Shown one piece after another: positions 13,040-25,400 of a DNA stretch of 64,000 nt. This DNA is from Amphiscolops sp. MND2022 (lineage: Eukaryota). The notes under the pieces are model-generated. The model searched no databases. It had not been told where the DNA came from and saw only the letters and a program-made list of their open reading frames with translations. The stretch is taken from positions 71,672,001 through 71,736,000 of the forward strand of contig OZ076415.1 of assembly GCA_964187785.1 (NCBI GenBank), read 5' to 3'. Every line of letters begins with the position of its first letter. Within the stretch, counting starts at the first letter, position 1. A program made the translations under genes and the position numbers.

Positions 13040-14181
13040 GTCAGCTTGGATAATTGTTGAGAAAGTAAAACAATTGTGACAGTAAATAATTTGAACAGAA
13101 CGTCTTTGTTGTACAGAATGATTCCTTTCAGTTTGTGGTCCAGTTTTTTCAAGTAAAGCTCGTTCATTTCAACCAAGAGCACGAATTGTAACGAATCTGT
13201 ATCTCTACGGAAGCAACTCGTCAGTAAAACGGTCAACAGAATAATGAAAAAATGGCGGAAAGTTCAGTCAAAACCTTCAATCTGCCTTTATGGAAAGTAT
13301 GGGTCACTGAACCATAAAAGGTAGTATCAACCTACTTTAAAAGGAAAAACTGATTACGCAATAGCATCTGCGTTCCCTCTAAAGTACCTGTCGTTCATTT
13401 TTCTTCTCTGTGGAATAAATCCCCTGGGAAAGACGTCACATAGTCTGGGAAAGCTACTCTTGGTGAATAATATCCCTTAGTAAGACGCGGCATCACAATC
13501 CAAAACAATAAATTATCATCTTTTCAACTGACAGATAATAACATATTTGTCTTTTCTCTTCAAAAATCAATTTCCAACAAAGGAATTTCTCAGAAGTCCC
13601 AAAAAAAGAAATGTTCAAATGTCACCCCTAACGTAGCAATATCATTGTAAATTGGTAGTAGCACGAGTATTAATGATACTGTTAATAGAAACGCGTGTCA
13701 TAATCACAAGATTTCTCACACTGAACCATTGCGGGTTGAATCAATAAAAGTCAATAAAAAACTAATTCAAATTGTTTTTGTATTGCATTTAAATGCCTAA
13801 GAGTTTCACATTATTCAATTGAGTAACAAAACGGAGTAATTTTACGTTACACAAACAAGAGAGTGAAAATTTATAGACGAACAAATCTAACATTCAATAA
13901 AAATAGGCTTTTTCTATGTAGTGTAACATTCGTGATTTTTGTATCAAACTCATTGTACGTGATCAAACAATGACTATGCAAAAAAACAGATCTTGCTCAC
14001 AAAGCACTCATCCCCTGGATTAGCTAAAATTGTGTTTAAGTTGAAATAAATTAATTTTCCTTACAAAAGAAAACAATAGACAACAAATCACCGATTATAG
14101 TTGCACAGTCCATGTACCAAACGTTTTCGCCTTTTTTTCAGCGCAGTGAAGTGTTGTTCGATGTCTGTAGGGATAGCTGGA

Positions 14182-14590
14182 TTACAACCAGTCACAATTG
14201 AGTGCTTGAATCTTTGGACATCCATAGTCATCTAAATTTTCGACCTGCTTGCCAATTCCCGCGCTCAACATTGTGCATTTTTTCAATCCTTTTGCAAAGA
14301 ACTCGGCTCTGTACTTCTTGAGACTAGTCAAAACCTTTGTAACGTCATTGTAGTCCAGAGCACCGCTTCTCCAATCGATTTTGTGCAAAATATTTGTGCA
14401 CTAATGTGTCTGGAATGTTGGTTGAAAACTTGGTGGTTTGAAGGAATATCCAAATACTTGTCCGTCAATGAAAACGCCCACTTCTTTAATAACATTTTTG
14501 TCTGCAAGCTCAACATCCAGCACGATCAGAGACTTTGTTGCAATTTTACAGAAACAACTATGATTGGAGCTAACAATCTGGGTCACACTT
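14182..14590 (-). pseudogene. Small Maverick-associated ORF remnant with a DEDD-exonuclease-like first motif
   Basis: IVLDVELADKNVIKEVGVFIDG..GYSFKPP and W.SG.LDY...FAKG..KC......VENLDDYGCPKIQ, split by a frameshift. Confidence 0.45.
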
Positions 14591-14841
14591 GGTGTCGATC
14601 CAAACTTTGTAAGTCAAAATGTAAATCTCTCAGCAAGCAACTTGTTTGTACGACTGTGAAATTTCAAATGAACTGAAAATGACTACAAAAGAAGCTAGTA
14701 GTCATTCTTCCAAATAAAGTAATTTTTATATGACGAAGTCTTCCCAAAAAGGAGAAGCGTCAATCTACCGTATATGGAAGGGTCAATCTACCATATATGG
14801 AATCTGTAATCAGGGGCTAGCTAAGTGTTCTCTCAAGTACT

Positions 14842-16377
14842 TGTCGAAACCCAGAAGTTGCGTAGGAGCCGTGGCTTATCAATAAATAAAGCCAAACAAG
14901 GAGACAGCCACAACAAACTCTCGAAACTAGACTGTGGGCTAAAGGGGTAAAACTTCGAACCAAAAAACTAACATTTTGCTTTGGTTTTGTTAATTTACAA
15001 TTATATACAATTTTTGTAAATACAATATTCATATAATGTTTGCCTTTGATGAAGCCTTTCCTAATGTTGCTAATGAACATTAAAACTTCATTGAGAACCC
15101 TTATTTACACGTAAAATGAGTTGATCTAGACTTAGATGACGTGATTGGAAGCTTAAATACACTTGAAACTGTCCACATGTAGTAATTTACATCTTAGCAT
15201 GGTACCACTATGCGGTACCATGCGGATCAAGGAGTGACGTATACTCGTCACTATGCGGAATTGTCCTCTATATTATGTGGCAATATACGTTTCGAGGTGT
15301 GACGCATACTCGTCACTATACGTTTTCCACAGGGACACTATGCGGCATCCTGCGGAACGAGTAGTGACGTTTATTTGTCACTATGCGTTTCTAGCAAGAC
15401 CTTTTATATAACGTGGAAAGGTGAAACAGTGCTAATTGGAAACCATCTCAAATGGATTTTATACTGTATTCTGAGTGATTTCTAGGGTTTCTCTAGCCTT
15501 TTTAGGGTTTCCTAAATATATTTTGAACGTGCTGTAACTCAGTCGAGGCCATAATTAGTACGACGTTACCCTGACGTAATCCTATTTTTACTTTTTTCCA
15601 ATAATGACTACAGTAAAAAAGGAGTGTCATGGTATTTTTTGGAGCATTTTCATTTTAAAACAGAGAGAGAGCATCATTCAAAATCTGAACCGTCAGATAA
15701 GGCAGTTGTTCTCTTCATACACCTGTAAACCTTTTGGTAACTTTGTGATACTCTCAAGATAATTCAAATTCTTCCCCAAAAGCCAGAAACTACTTTTCAC
15801 TCGAAGCAAAATGGGAAACAGACGTAATAGACGTTCTGGAAGATTAAAAACTCCTTCCCCAGATAGAGAGGTAGAAGTAACACAAGTAGGAACACCCATT
15901 ACAAGTAATGTGACATTAACTAATGTTAATAGTGTAGTTCAAGGAAGTTTAGGTGAAAACAACTTAGAGAACCAATTTGCTGAACCCAGTCAGATAAGCA
16001 ACGAGATCCAAGTATGGACCCAAATCAAGGAACAAAAGAATAATGATAGGATTGAAAAGATGCGAGAAGAAATGGAAAATAAATTCGAAACAATCTTAAA
16101 GGAAATGAAATCCAACAAAAGTGTATCGACCGTAACAAACCCAAGGTCAGAAACCAACGGAATCAGGGACTCACAACCATCGGGATCCAAAACAAATGAG
16201 TCTATAGGAGTTCACGCATCTAATAACGGAAACTCATATTCTGAAACGACGATTATCCTCTTAGAGCTTCAGAAATGAAAGACTTAAGACATCCATTAAA
16301 ACCATTGTTTCACAATGAATGAGACGTAGATGTAACGCTACTTTCAAATGAAGAATCCGAAGAAGAGGATTATCACA
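14842..16377 (+). repeat. Gypsy 5' LTR (~1.54 kb)
   Basis: Begins TGTCGAAACCCAG, ends GATTATCACA; paralogous to 29247-30780. Confidence 0.93.
15200..15415 (+). promoter_or_regulatory. LTR motif cluster: GTGACG-N6-CGTCAC palindromes, TATGCGG repeats and a TATA-like box
   Basis: Palindromes at 15234-15251, 15299-15316 and 15364-15381; TATATAA near 15405; mirrored in the 3' LTR at ~29590-29800. Confidence 0.6.
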
Positions 16378-17370
16378 TGGTGACAGGAGCCAACCGACAA
16401 CTCCATAGACAAAGCTCTCAGAAACTAAATGACACAGTAGGATCCCACGCAGACCACAACTTGTCAAACTCGACAGTAAAACCGCTTGACTCAGTTAACC
16501 AAATCGCTTTAGCAATAGAAAAACTGGCGAACAAAATTCCTTCACAATCATTTTTTCATCTAAAAAACACATTAACATTCAATGAAAAAAAAACAAGAAA
16601 AAAGAGAAATTTGAATACTTTGATGGCTTCTTCCACACGACACTTCGATTGCAACCAAACCTAACAGAGGAAAAGAAAATTAACCATTTTCAGGCCCATC
16701 TCAGAAGTTTGGCACTCAAGACATTCAAGAACATACAACGAACCCCAAACACGACTTTGGAAGACATACTCAAAGTCTTGAGACGAAAATATGTGAAACT
16801 GGACTCCAGTGCAACAGCGAAGCACAGATTCAACAGACTTTCATTTGACCCGGAAAATCAAAAGCTCCCGGATTTCCTTAAAGAACTTCAAGAAGTGCTG
16901 AAAAAGCATTTGGGGAAAACGCCCACCAAATTATAGAAAACTTACTATATGCAAAAATGTCTCCCCACCTTAAAAAGTCAATTAATCAAGCCTACCTCGA
17001 GAATGGCGTAGAGGCAGACGAACATATCGTCAAAATCCAAATGACCGTTACTAAAAAGGAACAAAACACGGAAAAACCCAACAGAAAACAAAACGAATAA
17101 ACCAAAAAACAATCTCCAAAAAACAGTACCTGACAAAACACTCAAAAATGATCAATGCCGTTATTGCAGGGATGCCAACCACATGATGACTGAGTGCCCT
17201 ATATTAGCAAAACGGCGGAAACTCGAAGAAGACTAGGAGGCACCCAAATGCCCCAACTGCAAAACTCCGGGTCATGACGAAGAAGATTGCTATTTTGGTG
17301 CCAATATGGATAATCGCCCATCAAAATGGAACTTGACTGAAGCACAAAAATCGAACTCTACAAGCAAGCA
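15811..17370 (+). pseudogene. gag: Gypsy gag (frameshifted), starting inside the 5' LTR
   Basis: MGNRRNRRSG... start; two CCHC knuckles, CRYCRDANHMMTEC (~17155-17200) and CPNCKTPGHDEEDC (~17248-17290). Confidence 0.85.
16378..16391 (+). promoter_or_regulatory. Primer-binding site (tRNA-Leu-like)
   Basis: TGGTGACAGGAG directly after the LTR; one mismatch to the TGGTGTCAGGAG complement of eukaryotic tRNA-Leu 3' ends. Confidence 0.55.
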
Positions 17371-17849
17371 AAAAAACCAATCAGACCAAAAATGGAACGA
17401 CACCAACAATCCTCCTCGAAGGATTTAAACTAGAAACGCCACGCCTTTACACAAAATCACCACAAAAATCGAACTCAGTTGATGACTGGCAGCATCAGTT
17501 GAGCCCAAAACCCACAGAAACATCAGTCTGTGAAGCTGACTTAACAACAGAAAATTTACATTAGTTAACTCTGGAAACTCAACCTGAAGACTTATACGAA
17601 CTCTTACATGACGCACCAGACGACTACTTTCCTCAACAACCAAACAACCCCGAAACTGAATCAAACTCAGAAATCCAACACACAACAAAACACCACTTAA
17701 CAATAAAAACTTCTTGCAAGGATGAAAAACAACCTCTTTTAAATGAAGATCTCACTTAATACATACAACTTGAAAAGGAACGGAACTTGTCAAACCTTCC
17801 AATTTCAACCTCGCTAACATTTAAGCGAAAACCCCATATGTGTTACATT

Positions 17850-20800
17850 CGAATGGACTTCGAAAAACTCACACTTGATGGCCTTATTGATACCCGAGCC
17901 CTTACAAGTGCAATCGCCGAACAATAAAATCAAGTTGCTAGCAAATGAAGCAATTAAAGAAACTGGTCCCCCACCTAACTTCCAAAACATGGTGGCAAAT
18001 GGACAACTAGAAGTCCCCATTATTTGAATTCGAAGTGGCTGATTTCATGTTAAAGGAAAATTTCATCATTATGAAAACTCTACCAAACCCGCTAATCGGA
18101 TTTTGTTTCCTTCGCAGAAATAACGCAATTTTTGATGTCACCCAAGGCATCCTAACTTTCTCCTATCTTTCAATGCAGCTCAAAGCTGACACCCAAACAT
18201 CGATACGACAAGCAACACCATTGTTTGCTGAAAAAACCTATACTCTACAACCAAGTGAAACTCTCGCCATTGCAAGCAGAATGCCCCATCTGATGGACCA
18301 TAATGCCACTGGCATAGTCACCCCATCACAACGATATAAAAACCATGATAGCATTTTCATCACTGCATCACTCAGTACTGTTAACAACAATGCTATCGGG
18401 TATCAAATCATTATTTTTTCTGATTTACCATACACAATCACAATGGACACCCATTTAGCGGATTTCAAGATATTAACCCCAGAACAAATCAAACAAATAC
18501 AACCAGTAGACCCAGCATTGCTATCTTTCATGATACAACATGAGCAACATGAGGAAACAACAGAAGTCTACATAAACGAACTTCTCACAGTACCACAACA
18601 AAATTCCCAGCAGGTAACATACTGGTTCTCTACCCCTGAAGAACCAGGAGACCCTGCAACAAATACTCCAATTCAGCAACGTATTTACAAAGAACTACAA
18701 GAACTCGAGAAACTAAACCCAAATGAAATCGACACATCCAGAAACACATTTCTTTCAAACGTCGACTGGTTCGACACAACCATCAGCCCAGACGAACGAC
18801 AAGAAGTTGAAGAAGTTCTCGTTGACTTCCACAACATTTTTGCCAGACATCTTTCGATATAGGCATAAACCGTGAATTCAAAGTGAAACTAACACCGAAT
18901 GATGACAGACCTGCCTACAGTCAACGTCTGCCAACTCCCATCAGTCCTAAAGATGCTATCACAGTAGAACTTGCACTTCTACATAAGTACGGTATCATTA
19001 CAACTTTAACGTTCTCCAAATATGCAAGCTCAATTTTTTCGCAACGCAAACCCAACGGGCGCCTTAGACTTTTAGTAGATCCTAGGATGATTAACAACCT
19101 CATCACTGAAGATTACACTAACAACAATCACCCGGTAAGCACTTTATCAGATGCAGCCCAACATATGGCAGGGAAAAATTTTTCTGCAAATTGGATTGCT
19201 CACAAGCTTACCACTGCCTTCAGATGGCAGATTACCAAAACATTCAGATGCTCGCTTTCAATTTTGCCAGTAGAACATTTGCTTATCGTCGCCTTGCTCA
19301 AGGTCTCAGTAGATCACTTTCTGCATTTTCAAGCTTTATGAGAGAGTACCTAGATCAAGCAATCGAGGCCGACCAATGTGCCCAATATGTCGACGACATT
19401 GGCATAGCGGCAAATGACACAAAACAATTGTGTATAAAAATCAAAACTATCTTTGAATGCATTTGCACTAAAACTCTCCATGTCAAAATGTCATTTTTCA
19501 AAAACAAGTCGACCTTCTGGGACGCACAATAACACCGAACGGAGTCGCCCTTCAACCCGACAAAGTGAAAGATTTCCTCTCAAAACTTCCTTTTCCCAAG
19601 TCAAAAAAGGCGTTACAAAGGTATATTGGATTTTTAAACTATTACCAAAACTATATACCACGCCTTCCGGAACGGTTTTCCCCGTTCTTCAAACTTCCCA
19701 AAGAAACCTCTAAATTCTACGTACCAACAAACTTGGTAGAAGCTTCCACCAACCTCAACAAACTTCTAGAAAATTCCTGTCAGTTAGCCTTAAAACAACC
19801 ACTGAAAAACAAGCAACTATTAGTTATGTCCCATGCAAGCTGCACAGCAGCAGGATATGCTATCATGATCGAAGACGACCCAAACCAAAAACTTCAATCT
19901 AAACGAAAAACCTATGCACCCATAGCATTTGCATCAAAAGCTTTCAATCCAACACAGACAAAAATGTCAATTTATACAAAAGAATTCCTTTCCATCTACT
20001 TTACATTTGTTCAATTTGGACACCTCATGTGGGGTAGTACCTTTCCAGTGATCGTCTTCACAGACAATTGTTCTCTAACCGGCTTTTTCCAAACAAAAAT
20101 GATTCTCCAGCACTTTGGAATGCCTGCGATTATGTCTTACAATACAATTTTGTGATTGCCCACGTTGCTGGATCAATGAACACCGCTGCCGACTTCTTAT
20201 CTAGAACGGAAGTCGACCCAACCGAAAAACTGGAAATGGCCATCCGTAATGATATTCCCACAAAAGCAATTGAAGTGAACATTCAATCATCCGGCGTCGT
20301 CGAAGAAGAACCAATTTATGTTCTTCCAGATGAAGAAATTGACGAAAATCAATTATGGGAAGAAAAACAAAACATACGGAATCAAGCACAAACCGAAACA
20401 CACAATAAACCAGAAAACACTGTTACCGAGCTACAACAATTCCATAAGCCTACATCAGGACTGATCTCCTGCTCTTCAGGATATTTTAAAGATAATGCAA
20501 GAATCCACCTCGAGCAGAATAACGACATAGTCCTTAGAAACCTGCGAAAAAAATCGAAGGAAACCCATTTGATGAGAATTAGCTGGCATCAGATTATAGA
20601 TATCAGCACTACTTACAAAACATAACGCGAATAGAAGTAAAACAGGAAGTTCTCACACGCAAATACTACACACACATCGGAACCATATCTCTACCAAATC
20701 GTTCTACCAATCCAACTCCTAGAAGAATTTCTGCAGGCTTTGCATGGTGACAATTCAAACACCCCGGTATCACCAAGATGATTCAAGAAGCCCGTCAAAA

Positions 20801-22276
20801 GAATTACTACCCATGTATGGCTAAATACATCAAAAAATGGGTCAGTAACTGTCGAATTGGTTTTCAAACGAAACGCATTAACAACGATCTCCTCAGAACC
20901 GAAGTTCTCAATTGCCCAGAATGGGATCTTGGGCCAGAAGACATTCTGCTGATGAATATTTTGCCAAACCTTCCCCCAAGTGGAGGCTATGATAATATCA
21001 TCACGGCAATAGATGTCTTCTCAAGATACTTGTTTGCCTATCCTGTAACTCGTATTACTGCAACAGCGTTAACAACAGTCATCATGGATATACTATGCAA
21101 ACACACCTACCTTTCAACAACGATAATCACAGATTTAGGCACTCAATTCAATGGACAAGTAACTCACGAAATTGCAGCAGTGCTGGGAATTGAACTTAAA
21201 CACGCAACAATGAAACATGCCCAAACAATAGGACTCCTCGAGAGAACACATGCCTCAGTGAAAACACACCTAAAAGCTGCAACAGGTGAATTCAGGAATA
21301 ACTGGCATAAATACCTCCCTTTGGCAGTCCTTAATCATAACACAACATACCATGCATCACTTGGTTGCGAACCGTCACGAGTTTTCCAAGGTCGAATACC
21401 ACATAATATCCTAGATTACGAACTCGGATATAACCCAAACCCACGATACCAACCACAAGCAGATGTGGCGGAAGAAATTCGAAAACGCATGAAAACCCTT
21501 CTAGATCAAACAAAGAAGAACACCATGCAACCTTGTCTTAAATACAAAGCTTACTATGATCGCAAAGCGAAAGCAGCTCCGCTGGAAACAACGGACTGTT
21601 GCTACATTTTTAACCCAAAGGCTGACACACACGCGACAAAAATACCATTCCGAGAATTCACATGGTGTGGTCCATATAAAGTAGACAAAATTCTCCCTAA
21701 CAATAATTACATTGTCCGGAGACTTGGAACAAATCAAAACAAAACTACTACACCGGATTCGTCTGCGGAAATTCACCCCGCAAGCACCTTTAGCAGATAT
21801 TTTTGTTCGTGAAACTGATTGGCAGAAAGATGATCAGATGCCTATATCAAAAGATGATCTAAACGCCCAGTCATGGAACACAAATTTTGGGTCTAATCCG
21901 TTCGAAGATGGTCCTTCGGAATATTCACAAGACACAGAAGATGCTGAACATACTCCAATTCACATACCTGATGATAACCGCCCACCATCTCCAGGACCTT
22001 CAAAAAGTAGTGGGGGAGCCCAGTGGAACAGACCACTGAACCAGATCAAAATTATGAAAACCATGCAAATGAAATTCCACAACACCTCATTGTGGATGAT
22101 CAAAATACCCAAAAACTCAAAAAGAATCAAATAATTCAACAGTAGATGATATTCAAAAAACCCCAGAAAACTCCCGAAATACCCCATTGCAAAAAGAACC
22201 CATAAATACTCGTGGTGAAAAATTAAACTTACGTCCCAATCCCAACCCAAACTACTCTGACTCATACAGATACTAA
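17850..22276 (+). pseudogene. pol: Gypsy pol (protease, RT, RNase H, integrase), frameshifted
   Basis: LIDTRA protease motif (17883-17900, normally DTG); YVDD (19386-19397); RNase H region YAPIAFASK; integrase AIDVFSRY / IITDLGTQF / GLLERTH. Confidence 0.92.
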
Positions 22277-22487
22277 GAAAACAACTGCAGAGAAACTTTT
22301 TCTTCAATACTATATCCCTAACATGCACTACAACGTGCACTTTAAGTCTCCTCTTCTTTGTTTGCAGAATGACAGTAGCCCACCCAAATAAATACACGGT
22401 GTCTACAGAATACAAACATCTATATCAAAAGAAACAAATGTAGAATTTGAACAACAAACAGTTTTTCTTGCCTTTTGATGGTTTTGT

Positions 22488-25400
22488 TTAAACATTCTTT
22501 GATCTCCCTTCTCGCTCACTACTAGGACAACGACTGAGAGCAACATTGATCCGATTTAATGAAAGATTGAGCGATGGTGTACTGTTTACACTGCTGGTGC
22601 GGCTCACACTTGGCGTAGTGGTAGTAGAGGACACTACAGGTCTCTCCAGCCTTGGAACAGCCTTTCTATACTTCCCTTTTTTCCGTTCAGCGATGCCCGT
22701 CGAGAACTGTTTCCCTTTGAAAAAATCCAAATACAAAACTTCTTATCGAGCAATAAGTCAGGCCCTCGTCCCAACAGTCGGAAGGCACAGCTAATGGCTT
22801 CGATATCCCTGAACAAACTCGAGACATGCGGCACCGTCTGATATGAAATTTGAAGGCTGACAATACAAGACTGAAAAGAACTCTTATCCGATTCAAGAGC
22901 GGGTACCGGGACGTCGAATGTCGGAGGTACTTCCACTATTGGAGCTAAACATAAACACGAATGTCTGAATAACTGCAACAGTTCGTGTCGACATTGAAAC
23001 TCATAATGGGAAGCAACAAATTGTACCCAGTCGTCATACCCAGAGATTGGCCCAGCTCGCAACTTTGAAACGAATGACTGATACTGGCTGACTGCTCTCA
23101 CAATGTCGGTTGAGGAAAACAAACCAGTTGCCACAAAATGTGAGGATAATTTCCCGATAGCGCTGATATAAACTTCCCCGGGGCTCTCAAGTACTACAGG
23201 GGAATCGAAAACGGATAGCCCCCTAAGCAAGGCAGACTTGATGATATCATGGGTCATCAATTGTTTGCAGAAGGATTTACAGAAACTAATAGACTCTCCA
23301 ATAAATTTACTCGGACGAGGCAGCTTGCTGGATAGTACTAAACGATAGTAATCTTCATTGAGGACAAATTCATCGAGCCTCTTAAAAGGCAAACTGGCCA
23401 AATCCAAGTCCAATCCAAGATATGTGTCCCAATCTGAGACACTCCCCAGAATACCAACAGGCAAAATATTCTGCAACTGCGAATAAGTGAATACGGCGAA
23501 CTGACTGAACAATCTAAACCCGCCATCTAGCCGTTTTTGAGTCTCCGAGAAAGCCGAAATATCTGAAACATATCAAAGATTTGAAACAGTGTGATGAAAT
23601 ACAACAGCAACTACCATACTTATGGCATCTTTTTGATGAGTTCAGATTACGCTGTGAACAAACGCAGCTAATCAATTAACGAAACGTGATTTAATCCACA
23701 TTCTGCGTCATTATGCGGAATCCAAGCAAGCACACAGCATAATCCATTACTCTAGATATAAGGATTATGCGGCATTATGCGGTTCGAGGTGTGATGACTA
23801 TACGTCACTATGCGGAACTGCAGATTCAACTACATGGCATTATGCGGTTCAAGGTGTGACGACCACACGTCACACTGCGGAATTGCCGATTGAACTATAC
23901 GTTACTATGCAAAAATGAGTCTGAAGAAGAAAGCGTCTATATAAAAGGCGGAAACACGCTCTTCTATACTTCTAGAAAGACAAATAAAAGGGAAAAGGTG
24001 AATTACACTTATCGAATCATCCAAAAACCTGTCCAAGAGGGCACTATGGAGATTATTTATGCAAGGAAAACTCTAAAGAGGAAAATTACTGAGAAAGGAA
24101 AGGATTATCAAACTGATGTTGAAAACAAGAAATAACTAACAGTGGTCCAGTAGACATCTGATGATAAACAAACGAGCCAGATACGCAGTGTCCAGGCGAA
24201 AATACTCATCTAAGGTGTTGGGCTGAAAGAAGTTTCACAATTTAGAACGAACCAGTAAGCTTTTAAGGGTAGAGTTTAGTGTCTGATGAATACAAGGACA
24301 AATATAGTAACTTCTCTCATATGGAAACGATACTTGGCCAATCTGGCGACCTGATTCAAATGGTCCCGCACATGCTCCCCAATCACTGGACAGGATTTTG
24401 ATGAGGTTGGAAGCCTCGGGAAGGTTATACTCTAATCGGAGAACACACTAAAAGAAAAATAAAAATCTACTAGACAGGATGCAAATTAAAGTGAATAAGC
24501 TGCTGTAACTTGAACTACCCTGTGCAACAGGACCAGATTCTGCAGCCAATCTCGATCCAGGGCCGTTCTAAGCTTCATTACCAAAACATCCAGAATGGTT
24601 ACGAAATCATGTCTTTCAATGATCTGGACGGTGGGGGTGATTAAGCTGCGTTCAAACTGAGTTGGCCCATATGAATTCACGACTGAAGGAGGTCTGACTC
24701 CTGGCAATGAGGAATTTAAACAATCCTTGAGTTTGTCATCAATGCCAGTCAGGTGGGCATGATGTCAAATAAACTAAGGAATGAGACAATAAGAGAAAAT
24801 ATCTTCCGGGGAAGTAATATCCCTCAGGGAGCTCCGCCAATGCAAACGCGATGCAATACGTTTTCGGACCAAAAACAGAGGATGATGTATGTTGCTGTGG
24901 TCGTACGTTGCACCGCCAGTGAGTAGTACCCAGTGGAAGAGATGGTTTTAACACAATAATCCATCAATTCCCGGAACATGTAGACGAGAATCCCCTGAAA
25001 AAGGAAGAATTGTTGGAACCTAAGTTAACTATCCTACATCCGTGAAGGGAAGAGAAAGGTAAAGTTACTTTGAATCGAGAAGGAAAGATTACCACATTAC
25101 CTTAGTGTGAAATGATAAAAGATAAAGGAATACTTACGAAAAGTCGTTCTTGACTCCAATTTTGGACCGACAATTGGTCACGTGAAGTTAGCCGCACTAG
25201 TTCCTCATACATGCCTGTCAGGCTAGATACACTTCCCCCGTGTCGAAGACCAAACTCCAGAAAACTGATCTGCGAAAACAGTTTCTCAGTGTGGCTAGCA
25301 GCGGCGCTGAAATTTGGGACAGATTCTTGTCCAACGAACGGTCTGAGTGAGTCGAATTGTGGTGAAATTGGGTACATGTCCCTTGCCCTCTTTTTAGCGT

